From Verrucomicrobiota bacterium (GTDB taxonomy: Bacteria > Verrucomicrobiota > Verrucomicrobiia > Limisphaerales > UBA1096), in the NCBI GenBank assembly GCA_014382705.1, contig JACNJE010000080.1:4000-67999 (forward strand): 64,000 nucleotides of DNA. Direction: 5' to 3'. The notes beneath the pieces were generated by a model. That model did not search any database. It saw only the letters and a program-made list of their open reading frames with translations, and had not been told where the DNA came from. Shown here piece after piece: positions 39,433 through 51,154 of the stretch (position 1 is the stretch's first letter; every line of letters starts with the position of its first letter). Made by a program: the position numbers and the translations under genes.

Positions 39433-41492
39433 GTCGTGACAGGTTCGGCCGACCGGCTGCCCTTCGCAGCCAGCACGGTTTCAAGAGTGACAAACAAAAG
39501 CACCGCCGCCAAGGCCCACTGCCAATATTCGAGACGATGCGTCTCCGTTTTTTTGGCCGCCTCGATGACGGCCGGGGCGGCTGCCGGGGCGCTCATCGGC
39601 AGGCCGAGTTTTTTAAATTGATCCATGCGAACCGGCTCGGTGCGGCTCTCCGCCGGCGGGAGGTTCACCGCGAACGTCTCCGACCAGCCACTGCCGTTCG
39701 CGGTGTACAGGCCGGGGGCGGCCGGTGTGAAAATGGTGTCCACCGGGATCACCGTCGACCCGTCACCCGGCGGCAGAACGGTAACGCCGCCACCGGCCTG
39801 GCCGTTGTTGAACTGCGACACGTCCACCTTGCTGCCGACGACGAACTGCCGCGACTGGGTCTTTTCATCCAGCACGGGCCGGAGGATCGAGTAAAGCAAC
39901 GGGATGAACTTGGTCGAGAGCGCCAGTTGGCTGTCGGCCGGTGTCCAGCCGGAGGCCATCAAAAGCAACCGGCCGCGCCGCGCCGCGAGCCAAGCCGGTG
40001 CGCCAGAGTCAAACCGGGCAAGCACGTCGATGCCGTCGTCGGGCAGGTTTTGAAGCTCGCGGTAATTCCAGAAATGCAGATTGGTGAAGTCGCTGTACCG
40101 TGCGTCGCGAAAGACCGCCAACAGCGGGTCGTCGGGCAGCTTGACGTCGAGCAGCGCGAAGTCGCTCGACGTCACGTCGCGGATGACCACACCGTCCGCA
40201 CCCAGCCATTGGCCGAGGTTCGCGGCCTGGCTCGGCGACCGCACGACCATCAGCGCGGTGACACCCCCCTCGATCGCTTGGCCAAGCGCTTGGGCCAGCG
40301 AATCGTCGACGGCATCGCCGATGACGAACAGGTCGGCCTCCGGCAGCGGGCCGCTCGATCGACCGCTGACGGCCTCGACCTGAAAATCAAGACTGCTCGA
40401 CGGCTGAAACGCGTTCGCCAAATAAAACAGCGACCCCTCGGCGTCGTTCGGTTTGTCGTCGCCGACGTACACGATGCGCACGGTCTGCCTCCGGACGGGC
40501 GCGAAATGAAACTGGTTGTCGAACGCCGCCGCGTCGCCCCGGATGGCCAGCCGCTCGACCGGCTTCCCGACCCAGTCGCCCGGCAGCTCAACCACCCGGC
40601 TGCGCCCCGGCGGGACGTGCACCTTTTGGCTGAACGTCTCGCCGGCGGTCGTGTGCGCCAAAAACTCCAGCTCATCGCCGATGCCGCTGGGTGAGTTGCT
40701 GATGCGGAACGACGGCGCGGCCCCGGCGGTGATCCACGGCGCTCCGGAGGCGACCTGCTCGATGCCGGCGTTGCCCTGGTCGTCCTCGGCGATCTGCTCG
40801 AGCGTCACCGTGACGCCCGCAGGCCACTCGTAACCCTGCACCTCATCGAGATGACTGCCGCCCTTCTGCAAGTCACTGACGACGATGATCTCGCGCTTGG
40901 CAAACGGCTGTTCGTCCGCTTCCGACTGGGTCTCCTGGATCGCCTCACCGACGGAAACAAGCGCTTGGCCAAGGTTGCTGCCGCCGAAGCCCGGCTTGGC
41001 CAAGCGCTCGAGCCGGTCGTTCACCTCCGCCTCCGACGCGCTGCCAACCCACGACTTGACCTCGGCCAACGACGCCGTCGCGTCGTCGAAGGCGATCAGC
41101 GAGAACTGGTCACCGGGGCCGAGCCGGCCAAGCGCGCTTTGCACCTTGGCCTTGGCCCGCGCCCACAGGTCGCCGCGCTGCATGCTGGCACTGCGGTCAA
41201 GCAGCACGGTGACCCACTGCCGGTCGCGCCGCGCCGCGTCGGCGGGATTGTCCACCGCGACGAACGGCCGCGCAAAAACGAACGCCAGCAGCAGCAGCGC
41301 GAGGCAGCGCAACAGCAACAGCAGCAGGTGCGTCGGCCGCCGCTTGCGGTCAACCGGAGGGCTGGTCTTATCGAGGAACATCAGGCTGCCGAACGGCTGC
41401 TTGTTCTTCGGCCGGTCGTGCAGCAGGTGCAGGATGATTGGGATGGCGAGGCCAAGCGCCCCCAGCAGGTAAAGCGGCGTCAGGAAGCTCAT
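39429..41492 (-). CDS. BatA N-terminal / vWA domain protein
   Basis: MSFLTPLYLLG...PIILHLL...FGSLMFL...LLLLLRC...FARP; MIDAS DRSASM. Confidence 0.88.
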   Translation of the reverse strand: MSFLTPLYLLGALGLAIPIILHLLHDRPKNKQPFGSLMFLDKTSPPVDRKRRPTHLLLLLLRCLALLLLAFVFARPFVAVDNPADAARRDRQWVTVLLDRSASMQRGDLWARAKAKVQSALGRLGPGDQFSLIAFDDATASLAEVKSWVGSASEAEVNDRLERLAKPGFGGSNLGQALVSVGEAIQETQSEADEQPFAKREIIVVSDLQKGGSHLDEVQGYEWPAGVTVTLEQIAEDDQGNAGIEQVASGAPWITAGAAPSFRISNSPSGIGDELEFLAHTTAGETFSQKVHVPPGRSRVVELPGDWVGKPVERLAIRGDAAAFDNQFHFAPVRRQTVRIVYVGDDKPNDAEGSLFYLANAFQPSSSLDFQVEAVSGRSSGPLPEADLFVIGDAVDDSLAQALGQAIEGGVTALMVVRSPSQAANLGQWLGADGVVIRDVTSSDFALLDVKLPDDPLLAVFRDARYSDFTNLHFWNYRELQNLPDDGIDVLARFDSGAPAWLAARRGRLLLMASGWTPADSQLALSTKFIPLLYSILRPVLDEKTQSRQFVVGSKVDVSQFNNGQAGGGVTVLPPGDGSTVIPVDTIFTPAAPGLYTANGSGWSETFAVNLPPAESRTEPVRMDQFKKLGLPMSAPAAAPAVIEAAKKTETHRLEYWQWALAAVLLFVTLETVLAAKGSRSAEPVTT

Positions 41493-42432
41493 GCGGCAGC
41501 CCTCCCGTTCGAGCGGCGCTGCCGGACGACGGCGCGCGCCGGGCGTTCCTCAAGGAAGCGCCGCAATACCCGCTCGAGCGGCTCGGCGGTCGTCACGCGG
41601 AACCCGGGGATGCCCTGCGCGCTGAACATCGCGTCGAGCGCGTCGTTGTGCGCTGTCATTTTCTGCCGGTACGCCTCGCGGGCCATGCCGGGATCGAGGA
41701 TGAGGTTTTGGCCGCTCTCCATGTCCTCAAAAATCGCGGCTGCCTCGTAGTTGAAATCGACCTCGCGCGGGTGCAGCACCTGCACGGCGCGGACGTCGTG
41801 CCCGGCGGCGGTGAACAGGCTCAGGCAACGCTCCAGCTCGTCGAGCGGCGAGAGGAAATCGGACACGAGCACGATCATGCCGCGCTTGCCAACGAGCGCG
41901 GCGAATTTCTCCAGCGACTGGCACAGGTCGGTGGCGTTGCCGGCCGGCTGGGTCTCGAGCCGGCCAAGGATCGTCTTCAACTGGTCCTGCCGGTAGCGCG
42001 GCGGGATGAACTCGCGCACGTCGCGGTCGAACGTCGCCAAGCCGATCGCATCGCGCTGCTGCGTCAGGAACCACGCCAGCGACGCGGCGAATGTGCGGGC
42101 GTAGTCGCTTTTTTTCACGCCGGCCTCGTCGCCGCCGAACTCCATCGACCGAGAGAAATCAACCAGGAACGTGCAGCGCAAATTGGTTTCGTCCTCGAAT
42201 TTCTTGATGAACTCGCGGTCGGTCCGCGCCATCACTTTCCAGTCGAGGAACCGGACGTCGTCGCCGGGCGAGTATTGGCGGTACTCGGTGAACTCGGTGG
42301 AAAAACCGGTGCGCGGACTGCGGTGCAACCCGCTCATGAACCCCTCGACCACGGCCCGCGCCCGGAGCGAAAGGCTCCTGATTTCCATCAGGACCTTTGG
42401 GTCCAGAAAACGGTGCGTTGTGGCGGGACGGC

Positions 42433-42436
<4 letters not shown>
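41489..42436 (-). CDS. DUF58 domain protein
   Basis: GLHRSPRTGFSTEFTEYRQYSPGDD, DWKV, KKFEDETN, DFSRSM, VSDF; GTG start overlaps moxR stop. Confidence 0.92.
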
Positions 42437-43437
<1,001 letters not shown>

Positions 43438-43438
43438 T

Positions 43439-44275
43439 TTAGTGAGTCATTGCGTAAAAAATAATGTTGATGCCCATCGGGTACGCCTTGGGCTCGGAGA
43501 ATTCCTTGAAATACCATTCGCCGGCGCGGCTCTCCTCCTCCCATCCGTCCCCGAGGTCGGTGTTGTGGCAGATGATCGTCATCAGCCGGCCATCGTCGTC
43601 GTACACCCCGCGATAATGCGGGGTCTCCGCGTCGTGCCGCTCCCAGGTGATGCCGTACGGCGCACCGCGGATCGCGTCGCCGGGGTTGGGCACCTGCGGC
43701 TTTTCCTTGAGCGGAAACACGCACTGGAACACCTCGTGCCCCAGCGGCAGCTCGACGATCTCCCGCGACGGGAACACCCGCTTGAACTCCCGCTCGAAAT
43801 TCCGCCATTCGGCCTCGCCCCAAAAGTCGTCCACCATCAGGAAGCCGCCGGTGAGCAGATATTTCCGCAGCGCCTTGACCTCATCGTCACTCAGGCTCAT
43901 CTCGCCCGGCTCGATGAGGTAGATGAACGGGTATTGAAACAGCTTGGCCTCGGTGAGGTTGAGCACCGTGCCATCGGGATCGACCTTGAGCGCGGTGAGC
44001 TGCTGCAGGCGAAACGACATGTTGAGGTCGCTCTCGGGATAGTCGATCGACCACTTGCCGCGCCCCCGCCAGCCGCCGCCCCACGAGTCGTACTGGATGC
44101 GGGCGAAGGTGAACGTGTCGTGCGGCATTTCCCCGTCGCGCTCCCAGTCCTCGACACCGGCGCGATCAGCGCGAGACCAACTGTGCTGGCTCCACGCCAC
44201 GAACGTGGCCAACGTCAGCGTGGCCAAAACCAGACCAAGGCCAAGCCGGCGGGACGGATGACGCAGACGGTTCAT
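43439..44275 (-). CDS. DUF4159 domain protein
   Basis: FTFARIQY, WSIDYP, YPFIY, LRKYLLTGGFLMVDDFWG, NTDLGDGWE, MGINIIFYAMTH. Confidence 0.9.
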   Translation of the reverse strand: MNRLRHPSRRLGLGLVLATLTLATFVAWSQHSWSRADRAGVEDWERDGEMPHDTFTFARIQYDSWGGGWRGRGKWSIDYPESDLNMSFRLQQLTALKVDPDGTVLNLTEAKLFQYPFIYLIEPGEMSLSDDEVKALRKYLLTGGFLMVDDFWGEAEWRNFEREFKRVFPSREIVELPLGHEVFQCVFPLKEKPQVPNPGDAIRGAPYGITWERHDAETPHYRGVYDDDGRLMTIICHNTDLGDGWEEESRAGEWYFKEFSEPKAYPMGINIIFYAMTH

Positions 44276-46857
44276 TGCGCCTTGGCCTCCTCGGCGGGGG
44301 GCTTGGGCTTGGCCAAGCGGGTGAGCAGTTTTTGCGCGGCGCGAAATCGTGGCGCGTCCTCGAGCGCCTGCAACACATGGCGCTTGGCCTCGGCCGGCGA
44401 CCGGTCGGCCAGCGCGGTGGCCAGGCGGAAATGCAGATCCACCGGGTCGGCCGGATCGAGCAGCAACAGCCGCTTGAGCGGCCGGAGGGTCGCCTCCGTG
44501 TTGCCGGTTTGCTGCGCGGTCAACGCCATGTAACGGTGGCCGATGGGCGAAAGCGGGTTGGCCGAAAAGAAGCGCTTAGCCAAGCGATCGACCGCCGGCC
44601 AGTTTTCGCGCTCGGCGTGGATTTCCATCAGCCGCCCGTACAGCTTGGTCGCCGCGTCCTCGATGGCGGCCCATTGCTCGAGCACGGCCAGTTCCTCCTC
44701 CGGTTGGCCAAGCTCGCGGTGTGCGCGGGCGAGCATGCCGTACGGCGAGCCGCCGCCGCGCTGCCTCGGGTGCAGCCGGATCGAGCGCTCGAGCAGCGGG
44801 ATCGCCTCGAGGTAGTTCTCCTCCTCGACGAGGTTGGCGCAGGTGGTGTTGAGCGCCCAGATGTTGTCCGGGTTGGCCTCGAGCCAATCGACGATGGCGT
44901 TCTTGTCGAGCGGGTTGACCTCGAGCGGCGTCGGCTTGGCCAAGTCCGCCTCCGGGGCGAACGCCTTGGCCAAGCCGGTGGCAAACGCGGTGAACCCCTC
45001 CTCGAGCTTGGCCAACGGGGCAGCGTGCTGCTCGATGGCGATGTTGATGAACACGCCCTGGCCAAGGTCGTGCAGAATGTTGCTGATGCACGCCTCGCCA
45101 AAATGCTCCACAAGATACTCGACCACGAGCGACGACTGGTAGTAGGCGAACTGCATGTGCTCGGGGCTCTTCGGCACGAGGAACGCCATGCTGAGCCGCT
45201 CGAGCGGGGTCATCTCGCCATTGAGGATGAAATCGCGGTATTCGGGCGTCATTTGCTCGCCCCACGAGCTGTGCCGCAGCCGCTCCTCGTAGACCGAGAT
45301 GCCCTCGCTGAACCAGCGCGGCATCTTGTTGCGCGTCTTTTGCAGCGTGATCACGTGGCAATACTCGTGCCACAGCAGCGACTGCCAGTTTTGCTGGAAG
45401 CCAACGAGCGACTTCGGGCTGTTGGCCGTGATCAGTTTGCCGAAGCAGATGCCCATGTAGCCGTCGCCGCCCGGGATGCCGAACGTCCGCACGGCGAAAT
45501 CTTTTTTCTCCGGGAAAATCTCGACGATCACCGGGCCTTCGATTTGCGTGTCGTATTTTGCCGAGAACAGCTCACGCGCCTCGGTCAGCAGGTCGATCGC
45601 CTCGTCGCCGTACAGCGCGGACTCGTCGCGGGTCATCCGCAGCAGAAAGCCGTTGCGGTCGATGGTCACGTATTTTTTCAGCGAGTCGTGCAGCGTGAGC
45701 AGGTTGAACGTCGTCACGTCGTAGCCGTCGGCCTCGTGCGCCTCCCCGGCCAGCCTCCATCCCTCCTCATCCTCGCCCAGCCGCAGCAGATCCTGCGCGA
45801 GCTGCGTCTTGGCCGGAATGTAATCGTTGCTGAACTTGAGCGCCTGCCGCTGATGCGCCGCGCCCTCGGCGAACAGGTATTTCGACGACAGTTTTTTGCC
45901 GATCTCATGATCGACCAGCGGGTTGGTCTTCCAATATTTCAAGCCGTTGGCCCGCGCCGCCTCGGCCTTGGACGGTTCGTTGCGGACCGTGTGGAGCGCG
46001 GCCTGCAGCGCCCAACTCGCAGCATGGTGCGGGTTGACCTTGAAGATCGCCTTGAGGATGCCGTTGGCTGCGTCGTACTGCTCGGCGTCAGCCTGGTTGT
46101 GCGCCTGCAACAGCAGCGACGGGACGTGATCCGGGTTGGCGAACATCGCCGTGTGCAGCGGTTCCCCCATCTGCGACGGGTCGCTCTCGGCGTACGCCTT
46201 GGCCAGCCCATGCAGCAGGTCGGCGTCCTCGGGGTAATGCCCGATCGCCCGCGTGAACGTCCGCCCGGCCAGCTTGAAGTCGCGCTTGGCCAAGGCCAGT
46301 TCACCCACCGCCAGCAACGCCTCGCGGTTGTCCGGGTCGGACTTGAGCACACGGTCGTACAGGTTTTCCTTCACCTGCTTCGGGTCGTACGCTTTGGTCT
46401 TGAGCGCTGCCCGGCCAAGGAAGACGATCGTGTTCTCGTCACTCAAGGTGCGCCGGCCGTTGATGAACTGCAGGATGACCTGCAGCATCTGGGTGGCCTG
46501 CGCGGCGTCGCCGTTGGCCTCGTAGGCGAGATGAAACAGCCAGAGCGCCTCAGCGTTGTAGCGATACCGGTAATCGTCGAGCAGTTCCGTGGCAAACCGC
46601 GCCGCCTCGGGATATTGCCCGGTGGCCAGCCGCGCCCGAAGCAGCAGCAGCCGCCAGCCGCTGTCATATTCCTTGGCGGCGATGGCCTCCCCGCTGGCCT
46701 TGATCGCCTGGTCGTACTCGCCGATGGCGAAAAACTCGCGCGCCTCCTTGAGCGTCGCCGCCCGTGCTTGGCCAAGCGCCAGGCAGGCCAAGGCCAGCAG
46801 CATGCAATACGGAAAAAAACGAGGCATCAAACCCACCGCCCTCATCATACCGTCCAA
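44272..46857 (-). CDS. TPR-repeat protein with peptidase MA-like (HExxH) domain
   Basis: Signal peptide, TPR helices, LWHEYCHV...PRWFSEG, AYYQS. Exact start uncertain. Confidence 0.85.
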   Translation of the reverse strand: MDGMMRAVGLMPRFFPYCMLLALACLALGQARAATLKEAREFFAIGEYDQAIKASGEAIAAKEYDSGWRLLLLRARLATGQYPEAARFATELLDDYRYRYNAEALWLFHLAYEANGDAAQATQMLQVILQFINGRRTLSDENTIVFLGRAALKTKAYDPKQVKENLYDRVLKSDPDNREALLAVGELALAKRDFKLAGRTFTRAIGHYPEDADLLHGLAKAYAESDPSQMGEPLHTAMFANPDHVPSLLLQAHNQADAEQYDAANGILKAIFKVNPHHAASWALQAALHTVRNEPSKAEAARANGLKYWKTNPLVDHEIGKKLSSKYLFAEGAAHQRQALKFSNDYIPAKTQLAQDLLRLGEDEEGWRLAGEAHEADGYDVTTFNLLTLHDSLKKYVTIDRNGFLLRMTRDESALYGDEAIDLLTEARELFSAKYDTQIEGPVIVEIFPEKKDFAVRTFGIPGGDGYMGICFGKLITANSPKSLVGFQQNWQSLLWHEYCHVITLQKTRNKMPRWFSEGISVYEERLRHSSWGEQMTPEYRDFILNGEMTPLERLSMAFLVPKSPEHMQFAYYQSSLVVEYLVEHFGEACISNILHDLGQGVFINIAIEQHAAPLAKLEEGFTAFATGLAKAFAPEADLAKPTPLEVNPLDKNAIVDWLEANPDNIWALNTTCANLVEEENYLEAIPLLERSIRLHPRQRGGGSPYGMLARAHRELGQPEEELAVLEQWAAIEDAATKLYGRLMEIHAERENWPAVDRLAKRFFSANPLSPIGHRYMALTAQQTGNTEATLRPLKRLLLLDPADPVDLHFRLATALADRSPAEAKRHVLQALEDAPRFRAAQKLLTRLAKPKPPAEEAKAQ

Positions 46858-46995
46858 TCGCGGATTAAGTTACTGTCGCTCTGTAGAAAATGTGTCATCG
46901 GCTCGCTGGCCAGCGTCCGTTTGCGGCCCTGTTTCTACAAGACAAATCGCCGCTTGAACGTTGCTTTGCGGCCAAGCGGTGGTAGATTTTTCGAC

Positions 46996-48147
46996 ATGAA
47001 CCGTCGCCGATCGTCGCTCCTGCTTGGGTTCGTCCTCCTCGGAGCCGCCTGGCCCGTCGCGGCGGCAGAGTCCACCGTGCGCCTCACCCGCGTGCCCCGC
47101 CACGGGGTTCAGCCCAAGGCCGTGCTGGATCACAAAGGCACGCTGCACCTGGTCTATCTCGCCGGCGATCCCGGCGGCTCGGACGTGTTTTACACCCGTC
47201 GACGGGCGAATGAGACGGGGTTCGCCAAGCCGCTTCGCGTCAACCAGACCCCCGGTAGCGCGGTGGCAGTCGGCACCATTCGGGGTGCCCGGCTCGCGCT
47301 TGGCCAAATGGGCCGCGTGCACGTCGCCTGGAACGGCTCGCACAAGGCGGGGGAAAAGGGCCACGGCGCGCCGATGTTTTACACGCGATTGATTGAGGAC
47401 GGCGGCGGCTTCGAGCCGGAACGCAATCTCATGACCCGCACCCGCACGCTCGACGGTGGCGGCGCAGTCGTCGCCGATGCCAACGGCAACGTGCAGGTGG
47501 TCTGGCACGCCGCCCCGCTCGGCGCCGCGCATGGCGAAAATGCGCGGGGCGTGTACGTGGCCAAGTCGTCCGACCACGGCAAGACGTTTGCCCGCGAAGT
47601 AGGCATCAATCCCCTGCCCGGCACGTGCGGTTGCTGCGGGCTCGACGCCTTCCTCGACCGGGACGGCCGGCTGCTGACCCTTTACCGTGGCGTGCGCGAT
47701 GCCCAGCGCGACATGATGCTGCTCGTCGGCAACCGGCCCGCCGCCGCCAAGTCGCTCGTCGTCGGCCCGTGGACGGTGCGCACCTGCCCGATGAGCGCGG
47801 CGGCGTTTGCCCAAGCCCCCGGCGGCATCGCCGGCGCATGGGAGGCCAAGGGCGACATCCACCTGGGCTGGTTCGGCACCGGCGGCGCGTCGGTCAAAAA
47901 CAGCACGCTCATCCACCGCCAAGCCCATCAGCGGCATCCGTCCATCGCCGCCAACACGAACGGCACGATGCTGGTCGCGTGGTCGGAAAACACCGGCTGG
48001 AAAAAAGGCGGCGACCTTGCCTGGCGCATTTACGACGCCAAGGCCAAGCCAACCGGCCAACCGGGCCAGCGCCTCCGCGGCGTGCCGAAGTGGAGCTTCG
48101 CCGCCGCCGTCGCCCACCCGGACGGCTCGTTCGAGATTCTGCACTGA
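46996..48147 (+). CDS. Secreted beta-propeller (BNR/sialidase-like) protein
   Basis: ATG at 46996 gives a signal peptide; SSDHGKTF Asp-box; CGCC and CP motifs. Confidence 0.78.
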   Translation: MNRRRSSLLLGFVLLGAAWPVAAAESTVRLTRVPRHGVQPKAVLDHKGTLHLVYLAGDPGGSDVFYTRRRANETGFAKPLRVNQTPGSAVAVGTIRGARLALGQMGRVHVAWNGSHKAGEKGHGAPMFYTRLIEDGGGFEPERNLMTRTRTLDGGGAVVADANGNVQVVWHAAPLGAAHGENARGVYVAKSSDHGKTFAREVGINPLPGTCGCCGLDAFLDRDGRLLTLYRGVRDAQRDMMLLVGNRPAAAKSLVVGPWTVRTCPMSAAAFAQAPGGIAGAWEAKGDIHLGWFGTGGASVKNSTLIHRQAHQRHPSIAANTNGTMLVAWSENTGWKKGGDLAWRIYDAKAKPTGQPGQRLRGVPKWSFAAAVAHPDGSFEILH

Positions 48148-48228
48148 GCGCCGCTTGGCCAAGCGGCATCGGGGAGTCCCCTCCAAAAAAACTTGCTTCA
48201 ACGACGGCCAAGCGCGGACAGTCGGCGC

Positions 48229-48609
48229 ATGGATCAGCCGGATCAACTGAGGGAACTCTTTCGAATGCAAAAATCGCTCAATGAGCGGATCGGCGTGCAG
48301 ACCGACGGGATGAGCGACGAACAGAAAACCGAATGGGTGCTCAACTACTGCCGCGCCATGGGGCAGGAAATCGCCGAGTTGACCGACAGCGTGCCGTGGA
48401 AATGGTGGGCCAAGTACCAGAAACTCGACGAGCAAAACGCCCGCGTTGAGGTCGTCGATCTGTTCCACTTCCTCATCAGCCTCGCGCAGGTGCTCGGCAT
48501 GAGCGCCGACGACGTCTTCGCCGCGTACGTGAAAAAGAACGAGGTCAACTTCCAGCGGCAGGACAGCGGCTACACCGAGAAGGACGAGGCCGACTCGCGC
48601 CACATTTGA
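48229..48609 (+). CDS. All-alpha dimeric dUTPase (dUTPase_2 / MazG-like fold)
   Basis: EIAEL..SVPWKWW, EVVDLFHFLIS, YVKKNEVNFQRQDSGY. Confidence 0.88.
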   Translation: MDQPDQLRELFRMQKSLNERIGVQTDGMSDEQKTEWVLNYCRAMGQEIAELTDSVPWKWWAKYQKLDEQNARVEVVDLFHFLISLAQVLGMSADDVFAAYVKKNEVNFQRQDSGYTEKDEADSRHI

Positions 48610-48625
48610 GGCCGCCTCGCGAACG

Positions 48626-49177
48626 ATGAGCGATCCCGCCGCAGACATCGCACGGGTGCTGGTTTCCGAGGAGGAAATCCGGCGGCGCGTCAGTGAACTG
48701 GCGGAACAGGTGCAGACCGACTTCGCCGGGCGCGACCTCGTCGTGGTCGGGCTGCTCACCGGCACGCTGATGTTCCTCGCCGACCTCGTGCGTGAAATCG
48801 ACCTGCCGCTGCGGCTCGACTTCATCGGCGTGTCCAGCTACCGCGACGGCACCGAGTCGGCCGAACTTGTCTTCACCAAGGAACTCAAGCTCGACGTCAA
48901 TGGCCGCGACGTGCTGCTCGTGGACGACATCCTCGACACCGGCAAAACCCTCCGCGCCGTCATCGACAAACTCAACGGCATGGCCCCGCGCCAAATCCGC
49001 ACCTGCGTCCTGCTCTCAAAGAAGGCCCGGCGCGAATACGACATCCCCGCTGATTACATTGGCTTCGAGATACCCGACGAGTTCGTCGTCGGCTACGGCC
49101 TCGATTACGCCGAGAAATACCGCAACCTGCCAAGCATCGGCGTGCTGAAGGAGTTGGCAGTGAGCCGTGAGCGGTGA
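48626..49177 (+). CDS. hpt: Hypoxanthine phosphoribosyltransferase
   Basis: VLLVDDILDTGKT, FVVGYGLDYAEKYRNLP. Confidence 0.96.
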   Translation: MSDPAADIARVLVSEEEIRRRVSELAEQVQTDFAGRDLVVVGLLTGTLMFLADLVREIDLPLRLDFIGVSSYRDGTESAELVFTKELKLDVNGRDVLLVDDILDTGKTLRAVIDKLNGMAPRQIRTCVLLSKKARREYDIPADYIGFEIPDEFVVGYGLDYAEKYRNLPSIGVLKELAVSRER

Positions 49178-49181
49178 GCAG
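49160..49181. repeat. Heptamer micro-array (GTGAGCN)x3 overlapping hpt stop
   Basis: gtgagcc gtgagcg gtgagca; shares 15 nt with 30730-30744 on the opposite strand. Confidence 0.6.
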
Positions 49182-49427
49182 ATGCTTATCAACGTAACAT
49201 TCTGGTCGTACTTCCGGGATCACGCCGGTTGCTCGGAAACGGTAGTCGAACTCGAAACCGGAGCCACCTTGGCCAAGTTACACGAGATCGTTTGCGAGCA
49301 ATTCCCCAAGTTGGCGGACGCCCGAAACAGCACGCTCAAGGCCGTCGGGCTGGAATACGAGAGTGACGATTTCGTCCTGAGCGACGGCGATGAAGTGTCG
49401 TTCTTCCCGCCGGTGCAGGGTGGTTGA
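49182..49427 (+). CDS. moaD: Molybdopterin synthase sulfur carrier subunit (MoaD/ThiS)
   Basis: C-terminal DGDEVSFFPPVQGG; adjacent to moaE. Confidence 0.9.
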   Translation: MLINVTFWSYFRDHAGCSETVVELETGATLAKLHEIVCEQFPKLADARNSTLKAVGLEYESDDFVLSDGDEVSFFPPVQGG

Positions 49428-49430
49428 CTG

Positions 49431-49823
49431 ATGAAAACCGAACTGACTATTTCAACCGACGCGATCGACGAGACGGCCTTGGCCAAGCGCCGTGTGATGG
49501 ATGACGGCATGGGGGCGGTCGTCTGTTTTCTGGGCGTGGTGCGCGGGAGCGAGGGCGATGCATCGATCACCGCGCTCGATTATGAAGCCCACGAGGAGAT
49601 GGCTCGCCATCAATTCGGGCTGATTTTCGATGCTGTCGAAAAGCGGTGGCCGGTGGAGTCGGTGCGCTTGGTTCATCGGCTCGGTGTCGTGCCGGTGAAC
49701 GAGCCGTCGCTTTGGGTGGAAGTGACCGCACCGCACCGCGCGGAGGCGTTCGACGCCTGCCAATTCCTCATCGACGAGATGAAGCAGAAGGTGCCCATCT
49801 GGAAAAAGCCGCTGCCGGCCTAA
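49431..49823 (+). CDS. moaE: Molybdopterin synthase catalytic subunit
   Basis: GAVVCFLGVVR, LDYEAH, HRLG, HRAEAF, KQKVPIWKK. Confidence 0.93.
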   Translation: MKTELTISTDAIDETALAKRRVMDDGMGAVVCFLGVVRGSEGDASITALDYEAHEEMARHQFGLIFDAVEKRWPVESVRLVHRLGVVPVNEPSLWVEVTAPHRAEAFDACQFLIDEMKQKVPIWKKPLPA

Positions 49824-51154
49824 CCCAATACGTCGCAGGCGTAGGCGAGGGCTTGGTCGCGGGTGGTGAGTTCGCCGGCGAGTTGGCGGTGCCGGATGTC
49901 GCTGAGCAACTCCCCCAGCCCCGGCCCCGGCGCTTGGCCAAGCGCGATCAAGTCAGCGCCGTCGAGGAGCGGTTTTTGCAGTTCCGGCTGGTCTTGGAAC
50001 TCGGCGAACTTGGCCTGCAAAAACTGGAAGTTCTCCAGCCTGCCGGTGGAGGCGAGGCTGTCGAGCCAGTGTAACGCCAGTTCGACCGGGAAGGTCGGGC
50101 GGAGGAATAGTTTCCGCAACGTGGCGGGGCGCATTTTTTGCGCGTCTTTCAACTGCATATGGTGGCGCACGCAGGTTTTCACCGCGGCGCTCTCGGCCTT
50201 GGGGAAGCGCAGGCGGTTCATGATCTCAATCGTCATCTCCGCGCCGGTGGTCTCATGGCCCAAAAAACGAATGCGCCCCTCGTCGCGAGTCTGCGTCACC
50301 GGCTTGGCGATGTCGTGCATCAGCACGGCCCAGATGAGCGTCGAGCCGGCGTCGGCCGGCAGATGGCCGAGCATGAGGCGAATGTGGGTGAACACGTCGC
50401 CCTCGGGGTGGTACCCCGGTGGCTGTTCGCAGCCGATGGTGGCGGCCAGTTCCGGCAGCACCTCAGGCAGCAGCCGGCTCGCGCGCAGCAGGTCGAGACC
50501 TCGCGCGGCGTGCGGCGCGCGAAACAGTTTCAGCAACTCGTCGCGGATGCGCTCGGCGCTCACGTCGCGGATGGCGGCGGCGTGATGCTGCACGGCGGCG
50601 AAGGTCTCCGGCTCGATCGCAAAGTCAAGTTGCGCAGCGAACCGCACGGCACGCAGCAGGCGCAGCCGGTCCTCGCCGAAGCGCTTCGCCGGATCGCCGA
50701 TGGTGCGGATGCGCTTGGCCTCGAGGTCGGCTTGGCCGCCGACCCAGTCGTGCAACGCGTCAGCGAGCGGGTCGTAAAACAGTCCGTTAATGGTGAAGTC
50801 GCGCCGCAGGGCATCCTCTCGCGCGTCGGTGAAGCGCACGCTGCCGGGTCGCCGCCCGTCGGTGTACCCGGCCTCGGCGCGGAAGGTGGCCACCTGGTAT
50901 TCGTGCCCGGCCTCGAGCACCATGATCACGCCGAACTGTTTGCCGACCGGGATGGTCTTGCGGAACAGCCCCTCGATCTCGTCCGGCCGGGCGTCGGTGG
51001 CGATGTCGTAGTCGTGCGGCGCTTGGCCAAGCCGGGCGTCACGCACGCAGCCGCCAACCCAATAGGCCTGAAACCCGGCCCGGGCCAGGCGCTTGGCCAA
51101 GCCGAGGGCGCCCTCTTTGAGGCTGTCGACTGGGATGTCTGCGGAGTCGGGCAT
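49820..51154 (-). CDS. cca: CCA tRNA nucleotidyltransferase with HD domain
   Basis: VGGCVRD, DYDIAT, RRDFTING, EDRLRLLRAVRF, ERIRDEL, HDIAKP. Confidence 0.9.
   Translation of the reverse strand: MPDSADIPVDSLKEGALGLAKRLARAGFQAYWVGGCVRDARLGQAPHDYDIATDARPDEIEGLFRKTIPVGKQFGVIMVLEAGHEYQVATFRAEAGYTDGRRPGSVRFTDAREDALRRDFTINGLFYDPLADALHDWVGGQADLEAKRIRTIGDPAKRFGEDRLRLLRAVRFAAQLDFAIEPETFAAVQHHAAAIRDVSAERIRDELLKLFRAPHAARGLDLLRASRLLPEVLPELAATIGCEQPPGYHPEGDVFTHIRLMLGHLPADAGSTLIWAVLMHDIAKPVTQTRDEGRIRFLGHETTGAEMTIEIMNRLRFPKAESAAVKTCVRHHMQLKDAQKMRPATLRKLFLRPTFPVELALHWLDSLASTGRLENFQFLQAKFAEFQDQPELQKPLLDGADLIALGQAPGPGLGELLSDIRHRQLAGELTTRDQALAYACDVLG

Noticed and set aside
37060-39621. 853-aa plus-strand ORF and other long antisense ORFs (9891..12125, 13584..15293, 46870..48825, 55539..56633)
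   Set aside because: They mirror well-supported genes on the opposite strand; typical high-GC shadow frames without motifs.
44275-46995. 5' part of the 1290-aa plus-strand ORF
   Set aside because: Antisense shadow of the TPR/peptidase gene; only the part from ATG 46996 looks like a real protein.
48229-48609. Dimeric dUTPase as a prophage marker
   Set aside because: Sits in a housekeeping run with hpt and moaDE; no phage genes nearby.
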